From Dimorphilus gyrociliatus (taxonomy: Eukaryota; Animalia; Annelida), in assembly GCA_904063045.1 (NCBI GenBank), contig CAJFCJ010000012.1:1302001-1366000 (forward strand): DNA of 64,000 nt, given 5' to 3'. Positions 39,717-52,545 of this stretch are shown one piece after another. The notes under the pieces were generated by a model. The model had not been told where the DNA came from, did no database searches, and saw only the letters and a program-made list of their open reading frames with translations. A program made the position numbers and the translations under genes. Position 1 is the stretch's first letter, and every line of letters begins with the position of its first letter.

Positions 39717-41138
39717 ATGATACTTAAATGGAAAAAATTATTAACAACATTATTAATATCTATATTAACTGTGCTATTTGTTTTGATTACAAGGATTAAT
39801 TTATTAAATGTAACGCAAGCGTTAGAATACAAAAACTTACAGCATTTTTCCCATAACAAATCAACAAAAATTATTTTATATTGGACTCCTTGGAACAATG
39901 ATTTGTGGGATAAACCAAAAGAAGGTATGTAAAATTTATATATCCAATTTTGATATTGATCCCTAGCATATTCTCCTCAGATGATTCAGATATTGGAAAA
40001 TGCAAGTATAATTGTTTGCATACTAGTAATAGAAATCTGATTTCTCAAAGTGATCTCATAGTGTTTCGAATGCGAAATTTAAATTATCAAGATTTTCCAT
40101 CTGTTAGGCATCCAGCTCAAATTTGGCTATTAGGAGAAATGGAATCTCCAGTCAATAATTATTTGAGAATCACAAACAGTATATTTCAGTTTTTTACTCC
40201 AGACTACTTAACTACAACTTTTAACAACACATTCAATTGGACGGCCACTTATAAGTCAACTTCGGATTTTCCAGTACCTTATTTAAAAACCTTTAAAAGA
40301 AAACACAGTAATGTTGACTTAAGCTTTCTAGAGACAAAGACAAAACGAGTGTTTTGGGTAGTTTCAAATTGTTGGAGTAAAACATCATCTTTTCGATGGC
40401 AATATGTAAAAGAGTTAAAGAAATATATCGATATAGACATATTTGGCCGATCTGGATCTTGCGGTAGTGTACCTTTGCCATGCGAAAAATCAAAAACTTG
40501 TATATTTGATTTAATGAGAAATGAGTATAAATTCTATTTGGCTTTTGAAAATTCAGTTTGCAAAGAATATAGTACAGAAAAACTGGGCAGATCTCTACAG
40601 AAAGGAGTTTTACCTATTGTATTCGGAAGTTTAATTGAAGATGTGAAAAGACTAACTCCTCCAAACTCTTTTATACACGTTGATAGTTTTTTATCCCCTT
40701 ATCAACTAGCGGAATATCTAAAATATTTAGATCGAAATTTCACGGTAGAGTTTCATAATTATTTGTATATAAATAATATAGTAGTAACCTTAAGGGAGTC
40801 TCTTATTCTAATCATTTTTTTAGGCCTATAAAGAATATTTCGCATGGAGGAAAGACTACGAAGTAAAATATTTTATTAAGGAAGGAAAAACTTGTGAACT
40901 ATGTCAACTTTTACACGAATCTTCGGGTAAAAGAAAAATATCGAGTCTAGCAAACTCTTTTAGTGTTGAATCTGATTGTGTTGATAGTCAACTTAGCAGT
41001 TCTAACTTGATTGAAAAAATAAGTGATGAAAATATATTCATCTTCGGCTGTATAATTTTTTTTATCGCCTGTGCAGTTTTAATAATCAAAAAGTATTTTG
41101 GAGTTTACAAAATGAAAACCCATTGTCAGAGGAAATGA
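39717..41138 (+). CDS. Alpha-1,3-fucosyltransferase (GT10) with an extra C-terminal hydrophobic segment
   Basis: N-terminal TM; ILYWT, SDLIVF, FNWTATYKSTSDFPVPY, VFWVVSNC, GT10 motif YKFYLAFENSVCKEYSTEKL, and YFAWR...CELC; 3 exons. Confidence 0.92.
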
Positions 41139-41266
41139 AAATACCGTACAAAATTTTATACATGTTTTAGCATTCATATACGCTTTTAGTACTGTCAGCA
41201 ATTGTGAATAAATTCTTTTTTTCAAGTTTTTTATTTACAGAATTTTCTTTTGTGAAATACATTTGA

Positions 41267-43967
41267 TTATAAAGAGTATGGATGTAATAGAGCTTCCAAA
41301 CTTTTACAAGCTTTATATTTACATTTAGATTGTGTTACTAAAGCTGCCAAATTTGCTTTTGCAGTCCATAACTGTATATTGAGCCTACCTTTTACATCCA
41401 TTATTGCTCCCTCGTATGGTATACAGCACATTCGTCCAGAGATTATACTAATTACATGCAATCTACCATTTATCTCAGACGGAGGTGCTTGAAGAGTTAA
41501 GGTAACTCTATCGTTAAACTCTAACTCTCCACTAGTTGCAACATGAACTACACTACTCATCCAGATAATATTAGCAATAGATGGTTTTGTTATTTTTAAC
41601 CTATCGAATTCTTTGGTGTTTGGTGTTTCAATTTGCACACTGACCATACTAGGCCTATCAACTGCTCCTGGTGGTACTGTTAGACTTACATGACTATCGG
41701 TTTGAGAGTGGAAAACTCCACCTGAAGGTGTAAGCCAGAAAGATTCTAACGGAGAAAGTACCATAACGCCAGATATCGAATCCTCTAGAGTGGTTTCAAT
41801 CTCATATCTTAAAGATGCCCTGAAATCTGTAGGAGTGTTATGACTGTGATCGGAGTGCTGAGGCGATTCTGAAAGACCTCTTAATGTCCTTAGCGTATTT
41901 GTCTTGTTTATACTGTAATAAATAAGCCTGATAAATTACTACTACCCGGATTTTTTATTAAGATGCTTACCTTTTCCGAAAAATTCCTGTTCTGGGTGGA
42001 GGAGATGATTCATGTTCTTTTAACATATTTTCCATACTTTTAACAACCTTAGCCAATTGATCTTCAGTGTTTAAACTAACATCTGATGGATCTGGAACAC
42101 TTTCACCAACATTTACAACTGTACTTCTCCTACTTAATTCATCAGCCACTAACCATTCTCTAGTGTAAGAACTCGGCGAAGATTTTTGAGATACTGGTCG
42201 CCAAATATGGAGCGATGTGTCATGAGCATATTGAACGGGGGTTCTCGGACGACTTTGCGGCTTCTGAATAGTTGGTGAATGAATCGAAGGTGTGGCAGGA
42301 GTTTGATGAATAGGTGATAAAGAAGCTCTTTCCGAATCATAGTTAATAGCACTATTATAGTCACTATCAGCTTCTGGCGATTTACTTTGAATAAACTCAG
42401 AACGACTTCGTCGAGTTGTATTTTGCTGATTTTCTATAGGATTCCCTCTTAAATCAAAAGATTTTAAGGAAGTTAGTTGGTCAATAATTAAAGGTTGTAA
42501 TGTTATTCGATTCTGAGATACATCCAATACTTCTAAATTGTTTAAAACTGTAATTTCTTGAGGAAGATATGTTAATTTGTTTTGTTTCAATCTTAGATCT
42601 ATTAATTTAAGACATCTAAAGAGACCCCTTGGTAAGGCAGCTAATGAATTATTACTCAAGTCCAGATGGGTTAATTTATTCATTGAATGGATATTTGTTT
42701 GGCTACTATTTAGATAGTTATTAGCAGCCGCCAATCTCTCGATATTTTCCAAGCCGTTCGGCAACGATTGTAGTCTATTATTTGATATTAATAATACCTT
42801 AAGATGCTGTTAATAATAATTCATTCAACTATAAGATCAATGATATCGATAAAAAGTAATTAATTATAACATATATCACACCTTCAGGCGAGCTATTCTA
42901 GATGGAAGAGATCGAAGTTTATTCTTCGTTAAATCTAAACCACGTAACGATTTCAGGCAACTAATTGCATGTGGCATACTCTCAAACTCATTCTCGGCCA
43001 AACTTTTTCAAATTTAGTACTTTATTATAAAGTAATTAAACTTTAATATAATTGTTAAAAAACCTACCTTACATGCTGTAATTTAGTAAGATTTTCAAAG
43101 GAGGAAGGCAAAGTTAATAGCCTGTTTGCCTTAAAGCTTATTCCTTCCAAATTTACAAGGGTACACACACTTGGTGGAATATGTTCAAATTTATTATTCG
43201 CTAGATGGAGCTGCTTGAGCCTCTGTTTTCGACATTCTACCATTAATAATGCATATACGAATGCATATATAATAATAATAATAATGAAAACAAGAAAAGA
43301 AAATATTAAGTGCCTGTAAATTCTCAAAACTATGGGGCAGATTCCATATAGAATTACAATTTAGGTATAACTCTTTTAATTCGCTTAGATCGCCAATTTC
43401 AGACGGTAAATTCTCAAGTCGGTTGTTGCTTTGAGATATGAAAAGTATTGTCAGATATATTAACTTTTTTATTAATAATAACAATTCAACAATAAACAAA
43501 CTTGAGTTTTAATATTCTAAGATGTCTCAAAGATGCTATATTCGGAATTAAAGTAGTTATTCTATTAAAACATACATCCAATTCTATAAGATGAGAACAT
43601 TGGGTAACTGGATAGGGAATTATATTAAGAATATTATGATCCAACTGCAAAATTTTTAATCTATAGAATATCGAAAAATCTGATGGTAAATTGCTGAGCT
43701 TGTTGTCACTCAAATTTAGATGTTCCAATCTTGCGAAACGAAATAATTCCGATGGCAACTTTCTTAGATCCCTCTTTGAAATGTCCAAAGAAATGAAACC
43801 TTGACTATTTACTTGAATATTCGTTTTTAGACGCCTTTGCCTAACTGTAGCTGTTGTAAACGAGTTTTTTTTTAATTTCGTTTACTAACCAATTTATTAT
43901 TTTTACCAGTAGAAGCTTTCGAATTTCTCTTCATTAAAGATTCTGCGAGAGCCGCACTGACGCTCAT
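41267..43967 (-). CDS. Leucine-rich-repeat protein with C-terminal ZU5 domain (PIDD-like N-terminal architecture, no death domain)
   Basis: Many LxxLxLxxNxLxxLP repeats in the 43788-42400 exons, an S/T/P-rich linker, then SGGVFHSQTDSHVSLTVPPGAV...LEFNDRVTLTL (ZU5-like) ending at 41267. Confidence 0.8.
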
Positions 43968-44096
43968 GGCTGAACGACGTCGATTGATTTGTTTTAATTT
44001 GCTTTTATTTTCATGCAAATTTTACCTATTCCCAAATGACTTAAATACGAGTTCTCTATTTAAATTATAGATCAGGCGCAAAAATGAAATTCTTAA

Positions 44097-44206
44097 TCAC
44101 GTGATCGGTCACCTGATTTGTTTTATCATGTGATCGGTTTTATCATGTGATCAAAAGATATGGCTCGTCAGCCTTAAGATTATTGTATTGTTAATTGATC
44201 ACGTGT
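44097..44206. promoter_or_regulatory. Cluster of five E-boxes in the LRR-ZU5 / glycosidase-1 bidirectional promoter
   Basis: TCACGTGA 44097, TCACCTGA 44109, TCATGTGA 44126 and 44143 (within a direct repeat GTTTTATCATGTGATC), TCACGTGT 44199. Confidence 0.65.
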
Positions 44207-44290
44207 TAAAAAACACCTCATGAGATAAATCGTCTTATAAATTTTGTACACCATATAACTTTATTTCAATTCTTTGTGAAGGATAACGCC

Positions 44291-47103
44291 ATGCAAAAGC
44301 TTTTAGAAGTCATATCCATATGTAATATGAAGAGCAATAGTTAACAGTTTTTTCCTTTCACAGTATTCAATTACTTACCTTTCAGGTGCCTTAATTGGCT
44401 TGGTCTCGGGTAGCAGATTCAGTCTGGGAGTTGGCAAATCTATGGATTATTCTCTTTCTGTCGGACAGAAACAATGGTTAATCAGCAATAATACTTGGGT
44501 TGTTTACAAGCATCGATTATATCAAACAAGCGATCATAGCCTTGAAGTAATTAACGTTATAATTAATTCTAGCATTCTACAAGATTATTGAACGTATGTC
44601 AAACGTAATTTTAGCTAATAGATCGTTTGACAAAGCGAGGGGAAGACGCACTAGGATCCTTTACATCATTCATTTATGTATTTAAACCAAAAGGACATGA
44701 TGTTATTTACATAAATATTATCAATTCCTACGAGGGTGAACGTCCCTTTGTCCTCTTTGGTCAATATTTTGAAAATGAGTTCTTAGGAACTGATTTAAAT
44801 GGCAAAGATGGTGTTGCAAGTGGTTTTCCAACATTTAACGTTCAAAAATCGGCAAATTTGGGATTTTTAGCGATGGGAGGTATCATGTTCGGAGATATAA
44901 ATAAAAAACTGGGTACTTGGGGAACGTCTGATACAAAGGATATAAGTTCAGGTCTCGATTCTGGCCCATTAGTTTTATTTAGAGAAGACTCCGACGATGC
45001 AATGATATTAACTCGATTTAAGTTAATATTTCTATCATTAATTAATGTCATTACTATAAATCACCTCTTTCCAGTGGTTTTATGGACACATCGGCACATT
45101 ATAATTTAGATAACACAGGGCAGGGCTCTGTCTCATGGGGAGTAATGGGGGGAGTAAAAAAGATCCCCAAAGATTATACGTGTTGGTTCATCGCTTATCA
45201 TTCAGAGCATGGAATAAAAGAAGTATTTTATTACTAATCTTTCTACATATATATAGCTAATAGATTTGAAAAATTAGGCCATAGAAGGATGGGGCGATAT
45301 CATGCGTATGAAATATAAGAAAACACCAGCATATAGAGAAAGTGACTTGACAAACAACTATATAGGCTATTGGACGGATAATGGCGCTTATTACTATTAT
45401 AAAACAGAAGATGGAAAGAATTATCAACAAACTATGCTTGATATTAAGAAATACGCTGATGATATGAAAATACCATACAGGTAATTTCTGTAATACAAGT
45501 AACAGATGTGAAATGTGTTGATTCTGTTATCAATACCAGGTATATTCAATACGATTCCTGGTTTTATAAGAAGGGACCAAACAGAGGAGGTGTGATTGAG
45601 TGGTATAATACACCTGACATCTATCCAAATGGTATGCAATATATCTTTAATCAGACCACCTGGACAGTTTCGGCTCATAATAGATGGTGGTAGGTAAACA
45701 TTTGCTTGAAATTAACTAGATTTGTTGAATATCGTTTGCACGAAAGGTCATCAAAGACGGTCTATGCTAAAGAGAACGGCGGAAAATACAACTTCCATCT
45801 GGAGCCTTATCACGATCTCGCTATACCTCTTGATCAACAATTCTGGACAGATTTGTTTTCATTCTCAAAAACTTGGGGCCTAACTGTCTATGAACAAGAC
45901 TGGTTAAATAAAGAATTTAACACCTTAAATATTACAACAGAGAATGTTCGTGTTGGTGAAACATGGTTAAAACAAATGGGAAAAGGCGCTAGAGAGGCCG
46001 GTGTAAATATTCAATACTGCATGAGCCCTTCTAGAGTGGCTTTACAAGGAGTTGAAATACCAGTAGTTACTCAAGCCAGAGCTAGTAATGATTACCTCTC
46101 TACACCTGATCAGTGGAGAATAGGAATTTCCTCTCATATCGCTGATGCTGTCGGTATTGCACCTTTTAAAGATAATTTCTGGACTGCTTCCGTTCAGCCT
46201 GGAAATCCTTACGGTACGTTTGCTACGATAAAGTTAATTACCCTCCACATGTGGTTTAATTTTTTTCTTTAGATAAAACCGAACCTCACCCGGCCTTACA
46301 ATCAATTGTAGCTACCCTTAGCACTGGACCAGTTGGACCATCTGATAAAATCGGACTATCAAATGTATCGCTTATCATGAGAACCTGTAATGCAGATGGT
46401 TTAATATTAAAACCAAGTTTTCCTGCCAAAGCTATAGATTTACAGATAAAAAAAGTTTGTCAAGACTCCCAAACAAGTCGTAGATTAATCGTTATTTAAT
46501 TAATGTTTTATTATAATAGGCAGCCTTTAAAGGATGGGGCAAAGAAGAGATATGGACTACTCAGTCTATCATTTCAGGTCATCGTTTTGGAATTATCTTA
46601 GGAGCGGGACTACAGCATACATATACAATCAATTCTAAATCTGCTAAACTTGAAAAATTGCCATTAAGCGTTTTATATAAATACAATAGTGATAGGATTG
46701 AGAAGTTTGGTTCTACCGAATCATTAACACTTGATAACAATTGTACACTAGAAAACTTTTGCTTATACTATACGAGTCCTATTATCCAGGATGGGTAAGT
46801 TTACTGATAAATATCGCATAAACTCCCTGAGTTTATTAAAAAAAATAACCTTTACACTATATCACCAGATCGAATACGTTGGCTATCCTTGGAGAATTAA
46901 ATAAATGGGTTCCCATTTCTCCGAAAAGACTACGAGAGATCGCGTTTGTTGGAAGTATTCCTTACCTAATCATAGAAGGGGCTGTTGGAGAGAAAGTTAC
47001 ATATTCATTCTTAATAAACAATAAACTAATTTCATTGGACTGCGTAATACCACCCAGTGGAGTGGCAAGAATGGATCTTAGAAAACAGATATGCATTTCA
47101 TAA
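44291..47103 (+). CDS. Secreted glycoside-hydrolase-like protein (clan GH-D, raffinose-synthase/GH36-like), paralog 1
   Basis: Signal peptide MQKLLEVISI|CALIGLVSG. Motifs YIGYWTDNGAYYYY, YIQYDSWFY, SAHNRWW, VYEQDW, IQYCMS, ARASNDY, APFKDNFWT, TLSTGPVGPSDKIG; many short introns. Confidence 0.8.
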
Positions 47104-47262
47104 GAACCAAGGAGAACGATTACAGAACATATTGAAAAAATTCAATAGATAGTGACACTGATAACAAATTCAATAGATAAAAAATTATGCTTTATAGATA
47201 AAAACATAAATACATATGTAGTAAATACTTTAAACTTTGGTCTACTTTTTAATATTTATGCA

Positions 47263-50200
47263 ATGAAGATTATATTTATTTTGTTTACCCTAACCAGTAA
47301 ATCATTTTATTTACTTGTCCGTTAAAGAAAATAATCAGAACAAGCTGTTCAAATAATAAGATTAGCTTGCAATATAATTAATGATAATTGCAGATTTTTG
47401 CGGGGCTGGACAATTGAAAGTGCAAATATCTATTGACGGTAGCTATTCTATTAATATTGGTAAAGATGTGTGGTTGAGGAGTTCCCCAACTGAAGTTGCT
47501 TTCAATGGACAAATGCATAGCGTGGAAAATGGCCGTTTGAGCGTAAAAAAGAATAATGATTCTCTAACATAAATAAACTACTGCTTGTGGATAAACTCAG
47601 CAATATAAGATTATTTTCTTTCTAGACACCCGATGTCCGAACATCATTTGGGAAAGATAGTTTGGGTCGTTACACTATTGATATATTTAGCTATCGCATA
47701 AAAGATCATCAATTATACTATAAAGTTTTTATTAAATCATATACGCAATCATCCTTTTACTTGTTCGGCCAAGTAAGAACTTAATTTTTCGCATAACCCT
47801 GTACTGTCTGCGTACGCCTCCCTCTTAGAAATTTCATGGCGATTTTTACGGATGCAATGTTAAGGGTAAAAACAGTGTGGCCTCGGCTTTTCCCTCATTT
47901 CGGGTGGATTTAAATAATACCCTAGGATTTCTAGCAATGGGAGGAATAATGGTTGGTGACACCGATAAGCAACTGGGAAAATGGGGAACAATTGATATGC
48001 ATAGAATAAACTCAGGTTTAGATTCCGGTCCATTGGTTTTATTTAAACAAAATAAAGATGATGCTTTAATAATTAGTCCTTTCAGGTAAATAGGTCTACT
48101 TAAATAAATAATAATATTAACTGTATTGAGAACTCTTAATTGAATAATATTGATTGAAATCAATTAAATTTAATCACAAATGTTGTACATCTTTTTTGCT
48201 ATGAAATTTTTTAAAAAAAAGCAAATAAACAGCAATTTCATGGACGTATCAGCTTATTACGACTTGGACGAAAAAGGTCAAGGAAAAGTTTCTTGGGGAC
48301 TTATGGGCAGCATACAGAAAATACCAAGTGATTATGAAACATCATTTATTATCTGCTATAATGAGAGTGGTATTAAAGAAGTAAGATTCTTATAGAGATT
48401 GCATTTAATCTCTCTTGATTAATGATGAAAATTTACGTTCAAGACAATTGAAAAATGGGGTAGCACGCTTAGAAAATATTATAATAAAGACTATAGCTAT
48501 ATGAAAAGTGATTTTGTAAACAATTATATAGGCTATTGGACTGACAATGGTTCGTTTCCTCTTTGGCTCTATTTAAGTATCAGCAAATTTAAGTTTATTT
48601 CATTTCTAGGTGGTTATTATTATTATAAAACGGAGAAAGACAAGAATTACGAGAAAACAGTCCTTGACGTTCAAAAATATGCTAATGAAATGCAAATACC
48701 CTATAGATATGTTCAATATGACTCTTGGTGGTATCATCAAGCGCCTTTCCGTCAAGGAGTCACCGAATGGACAAGCAAATCTGATGTTTTCCCAGATGGA
48801 CTCGTAGGCATGTTCAATAAAACAGGTTGGACAGTGCTAGCTCATAATCGTTGGTGGTCTCCAAAGACAAATTATGCCAAACAAAATGGAGGAAATTATG
48901 ATTTCCGTTTAGAATACGATACTAATTTAGCGTTGCCTCTTGAGGAGAGGTTTTGGACAGATTTAATGATAGAAGCCAAGAAATGGGGCTTAAGGGTTTA
49001 CGAACAAGACTGGTTGAATAAACAATTTGATGAGATGCATTTCACAACTCGTAACGTAGGAATCGCTAGGAAGTGGCTATTACAAATGGGACGAGGGGCA
49101 AATAAGGCTGGCATTAACATTCAATATTGCATGAGTCCTTCTCGAGCGGCCTTGCAAAGTATAGAGATTCCAGTTGTTTCCCAGGTTTATAATAAGTACA
49201 ATTTTTAAAACTTGCATATATATCCTCCATTAGTAGATCCGAGTAAGTCAAGATTATCTATTAGATTCGGAACAATGGAGAATTGGAATATCATCTCATT
49301 TTGCTTATGCTTTAGCTTTAGCCCCATTTAAAGATAACTTTTGGACAACTTCAATCCAATCAGAAAATCCTTATCGTCAGTTTCCTTAATGATTTTAATT
49401 AATCAAGTGAGCAATGAGAGCTGCTTTACCCCAACAGATAAAGAAGAGCCTTATCCAGCCTTAGAATCTGTCGTAGCGACAATAAGCACTGGACCGGTGG
49501 GACCTTCAGATAAAATCGGATTATCAAATGTCACTTTAATAATGAAAAGCTGTAACAATGATGGATTAATTTTAAAGCCTAGTGTTCCGGCCAGATCCAT
49601 TGACCTAATAATTAAGCACGTATGTTTTGTCAACAATACCTCACAATTAATTATCAAACAAGTCAATAGAATAGTACTCGAATTGATTTAAGCTTGACAA
49701 AATAATAAGAACAAAGTAAAGGTCTTATGTCATATTTACAGACTGCATTTGAAGGTGCAATCGGAGAAGAAATCTGGACGGCACATTCGACAATATCTAA
49801 TTTCATATTCGGAATTATTTTAGCGGCAGACTTGAAAGAGATGTATTTATTGGATCCACAAGCTTGTAAATTTGGCAAAAAATTTCCGGATAGCATCGTT
49901 TATCAGTACAATAGTAAGTTAATTGGAAGATTTGGCTCAACAACGTCTATTGTTGTAGATAATTCCTGTACCCGCAAAACTTTTTGCCTCTTATATACAT
50001 CCCCAATTTTTGAATTAAGGTTAATGAAATGATTAGCATTTATCATACGTCTTCTCCTAAAACGATTTCTTTCACAGAGATTCAAGGGTTTCCCTGCTAG
50101 GAGAGTTATCTAAATGGGTTCCTATATCTCCTCAGAGAATAGAACGAATAGAGCAAACGGAGAATGATATCCTTTTAAGCATAAAAGGAGCGTATAACGA

Positions 50201-50312
50201 ATTGATCAATTTTACTGCCATGGAGAATGACAAAACGTTTGTTATAACTTGTAAATTAAATGAGAGTTTAAAAGCGATAATTAGTATTAGACGACGACTT
50301 TGTTTATACTAG
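47263..50312 (+). CDS. Secreted glycoside-hydrolase-like protein, paralog 2 (tandem duplicate)
   Basis: Signal peptide MKIIFILFTLT|NFCGA. Same motif series: YIGYWTDNG|GYYYY, YVQYDSWWY, LAHNRWW, VYEQDW, IQYCMS, IRVSQDY, APFKDNFWT, TISTGPVGPSDKIG; stop TAG at 50312. Confidence 0.8.
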
Positions 50313-50440
50313 AATTTCACAGAAAAATATAAAAATAAAATGATTTACAGATTCTTAAATTGAAATTTTGATTAAATTAGCTTTTAAAGTTTTTGCAGTA
50401 TAATACACTATAAATTCTTCTCGTTAAAACCAAGTATTTG

Positions 50441-52545
50441 TCATGCACTTCTCTGACTACTTTTCGAATGATGATGCGGTATTAAGTTCTTTTCTATAGC
50501 TTCTCTTTCAAGATTAGCTAATTGCCTGTAAGACGAATAAAGCCTTAGCACATCAAAGTATATCTAATGCCCCTCAAAGGCAAAAACATGTTACCTTCTC
50601 AGTTTTATAACTCTTGATTTTAATTGTTTATCTTCATCTTTTATGTTTCTTATATAGTCAACAAGTTTATCTTGCTGTATTCTCGAGGGTTTAAAAGCAG
50701 CGTAAACGTTAGACCAAAAATTCTATTCAAATATAAAAAAAGATGTAAATTATACAAGTAAAGATTGTTCTCAACTACAAAGGATATTAATTAAGATATA
50801 AAAAAAAAACTCACTAGACTCTGAGGAGCTACGGACGGCCAGATAACGGAATGATTAGGTTCGTAAAGGGGATTCATTAAATCCCCTATAACATTTGGTT
50901 GATTTACATAAGACCATAACGAAACAGTTCTGTTTTTTATATCATATTTTCTTCTATCAAATTCGCAATTAGATAAAAACGTTCCGTATTGGGATGAATA
51001 CGCATTATGAAAAAGGAGAACGAGGAATTTATCGCTAAACTCAAAAGAGCAAGGATACTGCTGCCAAATCTAGAAAGAAAAAACGTATTCACTTATATAA
51101 ACTACGAAAAAAACACTTTATTTTATTGTTTATACACACCTGCCAAACACAATCAAGGAAAAGTAGAAAGACTGGTGCCTCTTGACGATTTGGCGTAGAG
51201 CCGAAAGCTATTTTTGCACACCTTTGCCCAAAAGGATGCCCGCCTTGAATCCATTCTCTTTCGATAAGGGCTTGGAAGCCTCTAACTGTTCTACAATCGG
51301 GATCTAATAATAGCTGTGCCAAAGAAGTAACCTGCAGAGTCGAATCAGTACCATCAGACCCATGAACAACCACGGAAGCCTTATCTCGATCAATACATTG
51401 AGCTACAAAGCATGCACAAGTCAAAACTGAACTCATGTGAGTCATCCAACCACTGCTCTCTAGACGCGATATCCACTTGTCGCTGGTACATGACTTGTCA
51501 TTGACCACTTCTATAAGTTTCGACAACGACTCGTGCAAGACGAAGTGCCTTTCAATATTCTGATGAATTTTACGCCATTGTGAATAATGAATGTCTGACT
51601 CTACCCCTTTCCCCCTACTAGCTTCGACTTTGGAATTCTGAGCTGAACGTGTATCAATCAGAAAACCTTTGTGACTAGACGTTAGAATGGCCTTCAGTAG
51701 TTTTTCATCCTCCTTACACCTGTTATTATTCGTACCCACTAAAGGCTGACTACAACGCATCAAAGATGCCTGAGTTTCTTTATGATAGTAGCTTAAAACT
51801 GGAAAGCGTCCTAAATGTCTAAATTTAGCGATGATTCGCAATTCGTCATCGTCGATTGTTTTCGGAACGATTAAAGCTTGAGGATAACTGGGACAAACCT
51901 ATAAATAAATTGAAAATTATACATCCGCTTAGTCAGTGAGCAATCGATACTTGGTAAAAAACTAGGAACTGCAAATCTTACATCGAATTCCTTGTTGACG
52001 TAACTCAAACGAAACTGATCAGTTTTATACTTGATTCTAGCAAATTCTGTCTCGACTTTAAAAGCTTCCCATCCATTTTCTTTTATGTCTGAGTTAGGGC
52101 GGTAAAAGAACGGATACAGGAATTCCGTGCTTTCTGAAGTAGTTTAGTAATTAGTCATTGATTTTCCTGCACAACAATCTACTCACCAACGTTCGATAAA
52201 TTCTCAATCGAAGATGCAACATTGCTACACTCTTCAGATGATTTAAATTCAATATGAATGACCTCGAAGTTCTTACATTTTAATTTGATATGACTCAGTC
52301 CTGAACTTAATTGCTTTTCTACGACCTCGACATTCTTATGAATCAACTGCAAAGTAATTACAATGAGTAAAAATGAAACATATGTGTTATTCAATTTTAC
52401 TCACTAAAAACTCCTCTTTGTCTCTATTAGAAACGATCAGGTGATGGCCAGTTACACATAGAGCCCCTTCTAGATCTTGACGTAATGGACGCTTGACAAC
52501 TACACTTTGTACTTGAGGCGTTTTTATAAATTCGGCAAACTCCAT
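50441..52545 (-). CDS. MTMR9: Myotubularin-related protein 9 (inactive pseudophosphatase)
   Basis: MEFAEFIKTP...CVTGHHLI; RHLGRFPVLSYYH; VHGSDGTDSTLQVTSLAQ (no catalytic Cys); EREWIQGGHPF; coiled-coil tail. Confidence 0.95.

Noticed and set aside
51330-51390. Missing catalytic Cys in the myotubularin
   Set aside because: Real but well known for MTMR9.
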